This document shows, in pieces, positions 50,530-59,537 of a stretch of 64,000 nucleotides of DNA (the first letter of the stretch is position 1; each line of letters begins with the position of its first letter). The DNA comes from a virus. Its lineage: Duplodnaviria > Caudoviricetes. Position numbers and translations under genes: made by a program. Under the pieces are notes generated by a model that saw only the letters and a program-made list of their open reading frames with translations, did not search any database and had not been told where the DNA came from. The stretch spans positions 1 through 64,000 of the IMG/VR virus record IMGVR_UViG_3300021387_000175. One strand, given 5' to 3'.

Positions 50530-51258
50530 ATGATTAAAATTTTAGAAATTAATGAAATAACCTATTCCATTATTTCGATCTATCATGATTTTTCCGATTT
50601 TAAATCTTTAAGATATTGGTTATACAAAAATCAATATACGTATATGTTTTTTGCCGAAGATATATTCTTTACATTTTCTAGTTTTGATGATTATCCCAAT
50701 TATATGTGTTTGCCTATATGTATCAAAATATGGGATAATCACAATAAAGAAAATGATTTTGTAATTAATGCATTAAAGAATGAAGGATATTTTGTTTTTA
50801 TTGTTGATCCTGGATACAAAAAAGAAGAATATAGATTTTGGAGCCGTAAACACAATGTATGGTATGTTGTTAAGTACGAATATTATAAAATCCAAAATAA
50901 TTACGTTTTAATAAAAATAGAAGATGAAGATGAAAATAATCTAGGATATTGTTGGAAATATATTCGTAAAAATAACTATGGGAAAAAATTCAATTGTAAT
51001 TCTACGATTCTGACTAGAAATATGATAGAAGAAGGATTAAAAATTGAATCAAACATACCCGATAGAATCAAACGACATTTTGTGCGATATCTTAGAAATT
51101 GTAAAGCTATGATAGGCACTAATTTTTTCTATCTTGAAAATGAAGAACAAAGCTATCCAATTAAAATAAAATTTGAATTGGATAATTATTATTTGTTAAA
51201 AAAAGCTATTTTGCAAATGCACAATTATATAAATAATATTATCGATATAGTTGAATAA
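50530..51258 (+). CDS. AT-rich antisense orphan gene (moron), function unknown
   Basis: 242 aa, own promoter and RBS, fills the gap between two minus-strand genes without overlap; rich in Tyr/Ile/Asn/Lys. Confidence 0.75.
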   Translation: MIKILEINEITYSIISIYHDFSDFKSLRYWLYKNQYTYMFFAEDIFFTFSSFDDYPNYMCLPICIKIWDNHNKENDFVINALKNEGYFVFIVDPGYKKEEYRFWSRKHNVWYVVKYEYYKIQNNYVLIKIEDEDENNLGYCWKYIRKNNYGKKFNCNSTILTRNMIEEGLKIESNIPDRIKRHFVRYLRNCKAMIGTNFFYLENEEQSYPIKIKFELDNYYLLKKAILQMHNYINNIIDIVE

Positions 51259-51263
51259 TATTA

Positions 51264-51842
51264 TCAGTTATATTGTGTTGTGACTTTTCCTAATTGAGCA
51301 TTATATTCCGTAATCTCTTTCATTATTTCCTGAAATTCAGCTATATATTTTTGTATTACCTGTTGCATAATAGTTTGTTTATCTTGCTCATATTCGCCTG
51401 TAATATAAGCATTCCAATACATTACAATTAAATCTCTAGGAGAAGTGGTTTTTACAGCACGTCTCCCCCAATATGTAAAATATGGAATAGGAGTACGCCA
51501 ATAATATCCACCATTATGTTTTGCACCGCCATGATAACCTTGCCTAAAAACAACATTATATATATATTGATTTCCAATTCGATGATAGTCATCACCGAAT
51601 TCTGCTCCTAATTGAAATGAAAATTCTTGTCCTCCTCCTATTACTTGAGGATAAGCAAACGATCCCAACTCTCCATTACGATCATAATAAATTGGCCCAT
51701 AAGCACCGTAAAACTCATTTACTGCCATATCAATTATTTCTTTTGCTTTATTATACTGTTTAAAAACTAAACGATTATTAATTTCTGCCGTAAGTCTATC
51801 AGCAAAATTATTAGTACGTTCTTTCAGAGTCATACTAATCAT
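51264..51842 (-). CDS. putative tail completion/neck protein
   Basis: 'FY..Y.P.YYDR...L' and 'GYHGG' motifs; upstream of the TMP. Confidence 0.5.
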   Translation of the reverse strand: MISMTLKERTNNFADRLTAEINNRLVFKQYNKAKEIIDMAVNEFYGAYGPIYYDRNGELGSFAYPQVIGGGQEFSFQLGAEFGDDYHRIGNQYIYNVVFRQGYHGGAKHNGGYYWRTPIPYFTYWGRRAVKTTSPRDLIVMYWNAYITGEYEQDKQTIMQQVIQKYIAEFQEIMKEITEYNAQLGKVTTQYN

Positions 51843-52438
51843 GCCTCCTTAAATCCACTCTGGATTGCATTTGTAATTCCCTCAAGATCTTTTATATCCA
51901 TACTCATCTGGGCAGCGTTCATAAGATCAGGTAACACCTTCTCCAAGGCATCCAATACCATTTCTGCCCCTTTTAATACACCGAGAGATACTGCTTCAGT
52001 TAACTGAGTATAATCATTATTCATATTTTGATTAAAATCTTCACCTTTGGTATACATCAGCCCTCTAAATAGAAGACCATCTGATGGTATATATTGATGT
52101 GTTAACATACGATCTAAACCCGGTCTTTTCATAATCTGATCATATTCTTTAGTAAAATCATCTGAAACATCTAATTTTGTATATAACTTTAAAACGGTCC
52201 ACATATACAAAATTAATTCTTTTGCATGATTCCAAAACACTTTCCCATCTTTAATATGTGCTGTATTTAAAATTTCATTTATATAAACTACTTTTTCGCT
52301 ATAAGGTACGTACCTATCAATCATAATTTCTTTGATACATGCTTTCCTATCATCAGCACTTTCTACCTCATCATATTTTTTAAGAAAATCAGCAACACTG
52401 ATTTTTTCAATATTTTCATTATTCATAATTTTACTCAT
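51839..52438 (-). CDS. hypothetical protein (possible tail assembly chaperone)
   Basis: 'YVPYSEK' and 'LYT.L.......YD' motifs; position between tail tube and TMP; 4-nt overlap with the next gene. Confidence 0.45.
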   Translation of the reverse strand: MSKIMNNENIEKISVADFLKKYDEVESADDRKACIKEIMIDRYVPYSEKVVYINEILNTAHIKDGKVFWNHAKELILYMWTVLKLYTKLDVSDDFTKEYDQIMKRPGLDRMLTHQYIPSDGLLFRGLMYTKGEDFNQNMNNDYTQLTEAVSLGVLKGAEMVLDALEKVLPDLMNAAQMSMDIKDLEGITNAIQSGFKEA

Positions 52439-52450
52439 ATCTCGATCCTC

Positions 52451-53017
52451 CTAGTTTTCCTTATATTTAGCACAAACTCCCTCGACTATTTCATCCTGGA
52501 TCCGGCCTTCCATTGCCTTACGAAGAATTGAACAGTTTCTATCATACCGTTTACAGGTTTTGCATTTATCTTCAAAATAATTAGCGGAAGCTTGATTATC
52601 AAACACTCCTACAAAATCTACAGGATAAATAGTCAATTCAATATGTGGATTTTTATTATCGTACATAACCTTTAAAATGCGATTACAAACCATATTATCA
52701 TCTAACCAAACCACACCAGAATCTGTAATAGCATCAGAAATGCACTTATCATAATTAGCGCAATCCATATCGGTCCTTGGAAAATAATAAACCGCATCAA
52801 CATAATAATGCTGATACGGATTTTCACTTTTTATCCAACCTTGTTTTTTCGCCTCTTGTTTTACATATTCTGTAAATCGTTTCTGGAAGTCTTTCGCTTC
52901 TTTTGTCTTATAGGACATTGCCATAGGTTTTCCATTTTTATACATTACACGATATGCAAGATAGTGATTCACTGAAATGAATTCATTTACGGTGAGTTTT
53001 AATACTTGCTTTTCCAT
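52451..53017 (-). CDS. rusA: RusA-family Holliday junction resolvase
   Basis: SVNHY, 'YFPR..MD..N..K...DA' and 'VW.DD..V' RusA catalytic pattern; C-terminal CxxC...C...C extension. Confidence 0.75.
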   Translation of the reverse strand: MEKQVLKLTVNEFISVNHYLAYRVMYKNGKPMAMSYKTKEAKDFQKRFTEYVKQEAKKQGWIKSENPYQHYYVDAVYYFPRTDMDCANYDKCISDAITDSGVVWLDDNMVCNRILKVMYDNKNPHIELTIYPVDFVGVFDNQASANYFEDKCKTCKRYDRNCSILRKAMEGRIQDEIVEGVCAKYKEN

Positions 53018-53030
53018 AACTCACCACCAA

Positions 53031-53414
53031 TCAATAAATATATCCTTCAAGAGTGAACGTTGATTCTGTACCCAACCCATCTTGATCAAAATCAGCATAC
53101 ACATCAAATGATATCATGGTCATTTCACAAGGAATATTCCATACATAAGAACTTGGATTATAATCTTCAACAGGAATATAATATCCTTTTCCAATGATTT
53201 TTATGCTATCAATTTTTTCTTTTGCTCTAAATAAACTAGGAACTAATCCTAAAGAAGTTAACTCTATTACGCTAACGTCTCGTCTATTATAACTGATATT
53301 AAATTTCTTTACTTCGTCTAATACAATGAATTTACCATTGTTATAATATAATATTACTTTTACATTATTATCTCCAAGGATAATAGTTTGGTTTTTTATA
53401 GGCTCAAATGTCAT
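53031..53414 (-). CDS. hypothetical protein
   Basis: ORF with AAGGAG RBS before ATG 53414. Confidence 0.55.
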   Translation of the reverse strand: MTFEPIKNQTIILGDNNVKVILYYNNGKFIVLDEVKKFNISYNRRDVSVIELTSLGLVPSLFRAKEKIDSIKIIGKGYYIPVEDYNPSSYVWNIPCEMTMISFDVYADFDQDGLGTESTFTLEGYIY

Positions 53415-53476
53415 ATTTTTCTCCTTCATATTCCGATACTGTAGTTCTAACCCTACTATTCAATTTAAAAAAGCCA

Positions 53477-53485
53477 TGATATAAT
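53477..53485 (+). promoter_or_regulatory. extended -10 promoter (TGATATAAT) for 53506..53715
   Basis: TGnTATAAT followed by RBS TAAGGAGG; no convincing -35. Confidence 0.6.
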
Positions 53486-53505
53486 CCCCATTAAGGAGGC
53501 ATATC

Positions 53506-53715
53506 ATGACAAAACAACAACTAATTGATATAATTTCAGAGGCTAATAATTTAGCTTCGTTACACTTTATCGAATTATATAAACAAAATGCTGATTTTAT
53601 ATTGAGCAAAGAAGATAAATACGCTCAATATTTTGCGTTAGGTTTTACTACATTTAATGCAGTTCAATTAATACTATTCTTTACTTTATATCAAATTTGC
53701 GAAATAGAAGAGTAG
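53506..53715 (+). CDS. small antisense protein with hydrophobic C-terminal helix
   Basis: Perfect TAAGGAGG RBS, own promoter, no overlap with minus-strand genes; YFALGFTTFNAVQLILFFTLY segment. Confidence 0.7.
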   Translation: MTKQQLIDIISEANNLASLHFIELYKQNADFILSKEDKYAQYFALGFTTFNAVQLILFFTLYQICEIEE

Positions 53716-53967
53716 TCATACCTCTTTGACCAGGTCGTAAGAGATCTGAACAGGTATAACCACTAATTCAATATCATCATTTGTTACATGCTTATATTCA
53801 TCTAGTAACATTTGCGCTATACTTCGATCTTCGGTGTATAGCGCTTTATTTATGCGTTTATAAAAACAATATTTATACTCACCAGGTTGTTTATACAAAT
53901 ACATGGTAGGAGACGAAACCGTTGCAATTACAAATTTTATTTCTTTTAACGTAGGTATTGTATCCAT
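53716..53967 (-). CDS. hypothetical protein
   Basis: 83-aa ORF, AAGGAG RBS. Confidence 0.6.
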   Translation of the reverse strand: MDTIPTLKEIKFVIATVSSPTMYLYKQPGEYKYCFYKRINKALYTEDRSIAQMLLDEYKHVTNDDIELVVIPVQISYDLVKEV

Positions 53968-53981
53968 AATCCTTATTCTCC

Positions 53982-54203
53982 TTATAGCAGCTTACGCTCA
54001 TTCCATAATTGTGACACTTCCTTCGTGTCTTCTCTGTAAAAAACATATACTAAGATATCTTTCCCCTCACAGTCTGAACTGGTATATAAATCTATAGGGT
54101 ATACGTTATGTTTAATATACTTTTTGGCCTGAATAGGATTTATGATTCTAACCACTTCACCCAATTCATAATCATATCCAGTTATGTTAGTTTTTATTGG
54201 CAT
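53982..54203 (-). CDS. DUF5659-like small protein
   Basis: 'IINPIQA..Y.K..V.P.D.......LVYVF..EDT.E....W' pattern; start moved to ATG 54203, which follows AAGGTGG. Confidence 0.55.
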   Translation of the reverse strand: MPIKTNITGYDYELGEVVRIINPIQAKKYIKHNVYPIDLYTSSDCEGKDILVYVFYREDTKEVSQLWNERKLL

Positions 54204-54252
54204 CCTATCCACCTTCTTTCGCATATTGTATTCTATATTTTCAGAGCAAAAA

Positions 54253-54295
54253 AGGGGACACAGCGTTACACAGTGTGTGTAAAGCCGTATCCCCT
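54253..54295 (-). terminator. intrinsic terminator
   Basis: AGGGGATACGGC...GCTGTGTCCCCT stem followed by TTTTT on the minus strand. Confidence 0.65.
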
Positions 54296-54333
54296 ATATA
54301 GAAAATACTTAATAAAAATCACTGTGCAAAATA

Positions 54334-54732
54334 CTAATTCTCTGAATTTTTCTTCTGCCCAGAGAACGCAGGTCTTTTCTTTTTCTTATAATCAGATTTA
54401 TATTCGGGAATCTTTACCTCTTCTTTGGTTTCCTCTTTAACTTCTTCTTTTACCTCTTCAGTCTTTTCAGTTCCCATAATCTGATCAATTCTTTCAGCAA
54501 TTACTTTATTGTAACTATCAGTACGGGTTAAATCATGATTTTTTAACTGGCCTCTGGCCTGATCAGCTGTAATTGCTCCACCAATATAATTAGAAGTAAT
54601 TTTGTATATTTCACGACAATTATCCGTATCAAAAGTAGTCATCCAAGTAGGTTTATCCTTATCTTCACCGCAACCTGGACAGTAGCTATATAATTTGCCA
54701 CAAATTGCACATTTTCTATTATTTTTAGCCAT
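54334..54732 (-). CDS. zinc-finger protein
   Basis: CAICGK.YSYCPGC....P.W...F....C; follows the tail tube gene; AAGGAGG RBS. Confidence 0.7.
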   Translation of the reverse strand: MAKNNRKCAICGKLYSYCPGCGEDKDKPTWMTTFDTDNCREIYKITSNYIGGAITADQARGQLKNHDLTRTDSYNKVIAERIDQIMGTEKTEEVKEEVKEETKEEVKIPEYKSDYKKKKRPAFSGQKKNSEN

Positions 54733-54856
54733 TATAATTCCTCCTTAAAATTTAGATTCCTCTTTATTAGAGGAATTAATTGAAAACAGGATGAGCAGCT
54801 ATTAACCGCCCATCCCAACTATTATTTATAATTAATCGGTTGTAAAATAATCAAAA

Positions 54857-55469
54857 TCAACCCTCGTCATCATCATCAGCCCAAGTAATGTAGTACAGCA
54901 GCTTTTCAGAACCGCAGTAAGAAGACTGCAGAGAACCACTGAAGTCTACAGTAGCATCCGTAGTCAGAGACAGAGAAATCTCAGGGCTGATCTGGAAGGA
55001 CGGAAACGTGATATACATAGCTTTGAGCGTATTGACTGAACATGGATCTATAGCGAGCGCTTTTACAGTCAATTTAATAGTTCCAGGGAATTTGTCAGAC
55101 TCATTAATGATCTTTGCACCAGTATTTACGGTACGCTCGTACTTCACGATGTACTGCTCAATACCTGCAGTAGTAGGAGGAGTCAAAGTAGTAACTCCGT
55201 CAACAGTGGTAACATTATAAGCAGTCAGATCATAAATCTGACCCATACCACCAGAGGTGTTCATATCAGAAACCTGAATAGTACCTTCAATATAACCAGT
55301 GATATCCAGGGTCTCACCCTTCTTCACAACGGCAATACGAGGCATAACAATAGTATGAGAAGCGGTAGCCATTTCAGCATCTGTACCAGAAGCGGTAGCC
55401 AGAGCAGAGAAGTTGATCATTGCTTCTGTAGCGGTAACTTCGCCAGTTTTTGCCTGCCAAAAGCGTTTT
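54857..55469 (-). CDS. major tail (tube) protein, exon 2 (spliced product 265 aa)
   Basis: Frame is open upstream of the track's ATG: KRFWQAKTGEVTATEAMINFS; highly expressed-type codon usage; position after the head-tail joining genes. Confidence 0.8.
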
Positions 55470-55767
55470 CAATTTCTGTTACTTCTATGACCTATTATGA
55501 ATATAAAAATGCAAATAATAGGCGAGTAAGTATTTCTACTTACTTCTCACATTTCATTTTTTTAGATTATAGTGTGAGTTCAGACTGTATATTCATCCTT
55601 ATAAAAATAAGGAGAGCCACTTCAATATATATGTCACCATATATATCCTGCAGTCGTTACGGATTCTCTCATATAAAGAGTCTTTCCTCGGTCTTGTCCA
55701 TCTCTGGAGTTTAACCGATATAGTGGCTTTTTAATTATGTATTACTACATAACCTGGCAAAACTTAT
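55470..55767 (-). ncRNA. group I self-splicing intron (298 nt, no ORF) in the tail tube gene
   Basis: 5' exon ends CUGGU and pairs with IGS GCCAG (55754..55758); adjacent GUUUU pairs with 3' exon AAAAC (P10). P3 AGCCACU/AGUGGCU (55722..55728/55615..55621); P7 R GUAACGACUG (55651..55660) and S AAUAUACAGUCU (55582..55593); terminal G at 55470. Junction GU|A restores Val: DAQGTLV-KRFWQ. Confidence 0.92.
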
Positions 55768-55952
55768 ACCAGAGTGCCTTGGGCATCAACAGCGTCTTTA
55801 GATTCAGCAGTAATATCAACAGTAAAATTATTTAACTGAGACATCAGCAGTACAGGTACATCAGTATCTACACCATTAATTTTCTTTGTCATTTCACCGT
55901 AGGCAAATTGTACTCTGTCCACGATTATGTCACCAAGCATGAACTGTGCCAT
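55768..55952 (-). CDS. major tail (tube) protein, exon 1
   Basis: AAAGGAG RBS then ATG 55952 (MAQFMLGDIIVDRVQFAYGE...ITAESKDAVDAQGTL). Confidence 0.8.
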
Positions 55953-56012
55953 AGTGTACTCCTTTCTTGACTTTTTAGTCACAATAAAAATTTTCAGCAA
56001 TAAAAAAGAACC

Positions 56013-56909
56013 TTAATGCTCTGCATCAAGATTCCGCATGAAATTCATTTGATCAGGTTTTATACCACTAGTATCAATAAAACCTGAATACGCACCCTTA
56101 AGGAGTGCCGTAGAAGATTCATATATCTGTAAACGTTGAACACTATCCATGAACTCAACAATGCCAACGTCCATCAGTTCTTTTTTTGTATATTTAAACC
56201 CAGGATGATTTAAACAAGAGGAGATAAGAGGAAATAAAACAGATTCATAAGGATCGTCTTTATGTTTTTCATAATTTTGTTGATCTTCCCAAATCAAAGC
56301 TTCTTTTGTGGCTTTTCCTTTACCAAATTCTTCTTTTGGAAAGATATTAAAAATAGTACGAATATACCATGTTAACTTATCACAAGTCGCTTCATCAATA
56401 GTAATATCCTGTTCAGGATCATACATAATGATGTATTTTTTCTCTGTGTCAGGTTCAGTTACCTGATACAATTCTAATTTGGAAAAATCCAGATCCCCGA
56501 ATAAGAATTGTGTATCTTCCTGTTTCAGTGTTGGTGCTAAAAATGTAAACAATTGAAAATCGGTCATCTTGCACCAATCATATCCTGCTTCCCATAAAAA
56601 CATTCTATAAGAAGTCGTGTTAGCAGTAAAAATATGAATTACAGAATAACATTTCTGTTCGCCTATTCTGATAATATCGCCTACAGTAGGTTGATAAATA
56701 GTGATTTTATCATTTAACTTATAAGGTTCACCCAAATATAATTGCATTTTGTCAATCTCATATTTAGGTTTATCTTTCTTTTTATTCTTTTCACGAGACT
56801 TCTCTAAAGTCTCTTTCGCAGCTTGCTCCTTTTCTTCCCGTGCTTTATTTTCTGCTTCGTGTTTAGCTTTTAATTGCTCAACAGCTTGCTCTTTAAGGGA
56901 GTTTGTCAT
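56013..56909 (-). CDS. conserved virion morphogenesis protein (hypothetical)
   Basis: 298 aa, 'I.QPT.G.I...GE' and 'F.DS..RL' motifs; sits between the tail terminator-like gene and the tail tube. Confidence 0.55.
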   Translation of the reverse strand: MTNSLKEQAVEQLKAKHEAENKAREEKEQAAKETLEKSREKNKKKDKPKYEIDKMQLYLGEPYKLNDKITIYQPTVGDIIRIGEQKCYSVIHIFTANTTSYRMFLWEAGYDWCKMTDFQLFTFLAPTLKQEDTQFLFGDLDFSKLELYQVTEPDTEKKYIIMYDPEQDITIDEATCDKLTWYIRTIFNIFPKEEFGKGKATKEALIWEDQQNYEKHKDDPYESVLFPLISSCLNHPGFKYTKKELMDVGIVEFMDSVQRLQIYESSTALLKGAYSGFIDTSGIKPDQMNFMRNLDAEH

Positions 56910-57504
56910 ATTTGTTTGTCATCCCCATATGAGTAGGCACGAAATTAGGAGTGTTCACATTAAACTTTAAAATCCGAGCATAATATTTATCATCAATAAT
57001 ATCAGAATAATCAGATACACATTTTAATTGAAATCCCGTAACATTACTCCAACATAACAGATCTTTCACTATATAAGCAAGAAGATCTTGTCGAGTAATA
57101 TTATATTCTGTATAAACATCGTCTTCATGTACCATACAGAATACAACAATCTGTTGCACTTTCATTGCTTTATTATAATAAGAAGTGTCATAATCATGCA
57201 CATCAAACATAATAAAGTTATTTACCTCTTTCTGTACGCCATTCAGTTTAAGAAAGGGGATAATTTGCGGGGTTTCAACCCTTCTATTGTATTCTTCTAT
57301 TTCTTTCCTTAGTTTTAACTCCTGTTCTGTAGGAATAGATGGATCTTGGAATTTATTAAGAGGACGCTTATCACGTACTCCCAATACTTCTTTCAAGTCA
57401 GGATCTTCGTTGAAGACTTTACTTAAAACTGATTTCTTATAAATAATATCGTTATTCTGGTTATTTTCCAGATCCCGATCAATTTTATTTAAATCACGTA
57501 TCAT
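56893..57504 (-). CDS. putative tail terminator / head-tail joining protein
   Basis: 'I.PF.......E..NFI', 'HED......TR.DLL...V' motifs; synteny. Confidence 0.5.
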   Translation of the reverse strand: MIRDLNKIDRDLENNQNNDIIYKKSVLSKVFNEDPDLKEVLGVRDKRPLNKFQDPSIPTEQELKLRKEIEEYNRRVETPQIIPFLKLNGVQKEVNNFIMFDVHDYDTSYYNKAMKVQQIVVFCMVHEDDVYTEYNITRQDLLAYIVKDLLCWSNVTGFQLKCVSDYSDIIDDKYYARILKFNVNTPNFVPTHMGMTNKYDKLP

Positions 57505-58697
57505 CCTTTATCCACCTCCCACTCTATATTTACTTTATGCTGCCCATCTCGATCAATGGCAGACAAAATAAAATGTTTTCCTACCAATGAAGAAGCTTTA
57601 GAAGGTTTTACTTCAACTACGTCATCGTCATAAGTGACAAGTTTTATAAGACCTTCATAATATTTTTTCTCTTCATCCGTATATTCATTTCCATCATCCT
57701 TGAGTTTTACATCCCAGGTAGCAATTACATAATCTGTTCCAAGGGATGCTCTATAAAAATATCTCTTTCCCATTAAAAGGATAGAGTTATAGAAATCTTG
57801 AGAGACTAATTCGTCATTCTCATCCAGAGACATCTCAATTATACTGAAAATCTTTTCATCGAATTTATATTCAGCAACCTCTGATTTCATGTCTCCCATA
57901 TTGGTATAATAATCACATATTTTAAGATCCACATTATCTCGTTTTGAGTTATAATCATCTTGTTTTACATTACATTTAATTAGACCTGATGGTGATAGTT
58001 CGATTACCTTCGTAACTTGATATACCTTGGGGTCTAATTCATTGTTAGTTAACATAAAACGCTGATCATGCATTATGGTTCTGGTATCATCTAAACCTAA
58101 TTGAGTAAGATTCTCTCCATAAATATAATGTGTATCAGGAACCCAAAAACCAGTTAAGTTATCAAGTGCTACGGAATATTCAGATCTCCAAATACCGCTT
58201 GTGTAGCTGTTAGCAGCTCTTATTGTTCCATAGCAACTATTAATCTGACCATTATATATCCATTGAAAATTCCAGTTACAATGCAGCACATTATATCTCA
58301 CATATGCATTCTGATTATCCCTGTCAACAATCATCCACCATAAATGTCTGTTTTCTGGTGGTTGTAAAAAAGGATTCTTTAATTCTTCTTCTGTCAAGTC
58401 CAAATCAGGGCCTGTATCATTAGGAATTAAAATATAACTACCAATAGGATAATGTACCTTTGGACGAAATTGCAGATAATAGTCTACATCATCTTTGGCA
58501 ATAGATTGCGCAAAGTGGAATTGATACTTTGCATCTTCCCATTTCCAACCGTCTTTAGTCAGTACGTAAACTCGCTTATAAGTAGGATCATCCGTAAAGG
58601 TATTGTTTAATACCATATCTGATTGATTTCTTCTTATTTGTGCGAGATTACCGCCATAAGAGGTTAAGTGATTTTTATAAACATTATAATTTATCAT
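57501..58697 (-). CDS. putative head closure / head-tail joining protein
   Basis: 'W.IV........Y.VL.CN..F.W' motif; start moved to ATG 58697, which follows AAGGAGG; synteny. Confidence 0.55.
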   Translation of the reverse strand: MINYNVYKNHLTSYGGNLAQIRRNQSDMVLNNTFTDDPTYKRVYVLTKDGWKWEDAKYQFHFAQSIAKDDVDYYLQFRPKVHYPIGSYILIPNDTGPDLDLTEEELKNPFLQPPENRHLWWMIVDRDNQNAYVRYNVLHCNWNFQWIYNGQINSCYGTIRAANSYTSGIWRSEYSVALDNLTGFWVPDTHYIYGENLTQLGLDDTRTIMHDQRFMLTNNELDPKVYQVTKVIELSPSGLIKCNVKQDDYNSKRDNVDLKICDYYTNMGDMKSEVAEYKFDEKIFSIIEMSLDENDELVSQDFYNSILLMGKRYFYRASLGTDYVIATWDVKLKDDGNEYTDEEKKYYEGLIKLVTYDDDVVEVKPSKASSLVGKHFILSAIDRDGQHKVNIEWEVDKG

Positions 58698-59052
58698 CAC
58701 TACCACCTCCTTGGCTATTGGCAATCTTATCTATAAGCATATGTGCATCTAAGATACGTTTTCTGTAAACAGAAAAATCAAAGTCTTCCTGCTCAGTAAG
58801 CAATATTGCACCCTGAAGAAGACACATAATAGCGCAAATCTGGGGTGGATAGAAGAGTAGATCATTTAATCCACTGATCTCACACATGACATTATCGAAG
58901 TACTTTTTAAATGCTTCGGATGTCATTTCTGGATATAATTCCGTCATTTTAGGATCTTTATATAATAATAACCAATGTATTTTTTTATGTAGTTGTTTGA
59001 TATATTCGTTAAACTGCTCAGTTTGAAATGAACCATATTTATGATCAATCAT
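58684..59052 (-). CDS. hypothetical protein
   Basis: 122 aa, translationally coupled to both neighbours. Confidence 0.6.
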   Translation of the reverse strand: MIDHKYGSFQTEQFNEYIKQLHKKIHWLLLYKDPKMTELYPEMTSEAFKKYFDNVMCEISGLNDLLFYPPQICAIMCLLQGAILLTEQEDFDFSVYRKRILDAHMLIDKIANSQGGGSDDKL

Positions 59053-59516
59053 AAGTCTTCTCCATTAACATAAGCGTTATAGATATATCCTCTATCACAG
59101 ATCATGCGTCTGCGCTCTTTCTTGAGAGCCTTAAGAAGATTAGAGACTTCTTGAATTTGTTGGGCCTGTGAGTAATACTTTTCTTCTTTACTTCCAAACA
59201 TTTGTTTAATATTATTTAAACTTTGAAGTTTGGGAGTAAGCCATTCAATACACATTCCAAGTACTAGAAGTTCTGTAACAAAATCTTCATCTTCCATTTC
59301 TTCAACGGGAGATTTTAACTCATAAGAAAATCGCATTACGTCATCATCAAAAGTGACAGTAGAGAATAATCTACGAATATACGGTGGACGCATTGCTGCA
59401 TGGAGCCAACTACATAAAAAATCCTGAGCAGTGTTATCATCCAACTCTAAAAAATCGAAGGCTTCCACCCGTAAGTAGAAGCCTGAATATATATCATTAT
59501 ATGCAATAGAGGCCAT
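59049..59516 (-). CDS. putative head-tail adaptor
   Basis: 'Y.DIY..F...V', 'E.E.L..GM..EWL.P' and 'YSQA' motifs; second gene after the capsid. Confidence 0.55.
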   Translation of the reverse strand: MASIAYNDIYSGFYLRVEAFDFLELDDNTAQDFLCSWLHAAMRPPYIRRLFSTVTFDDDVMRFSYELKSPVEEMEDEDFVTELLVLGMCIEWLTPKLQSLNNIKQMFGSKEEKYYSQAQQIQEVSNLLKALKKERRRMICDRGYIYNAYVNGEDL

Positions 59517-59537
59517 TGGTTATACCTCCATTCTGGG

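Noticed and set aside
55421-55763. Programmed frameshift or two separate genes at the tail tube locus
   Set aside because: Precise intron excision explains the frame; the downstream ATG 55420 lacks an RBS.
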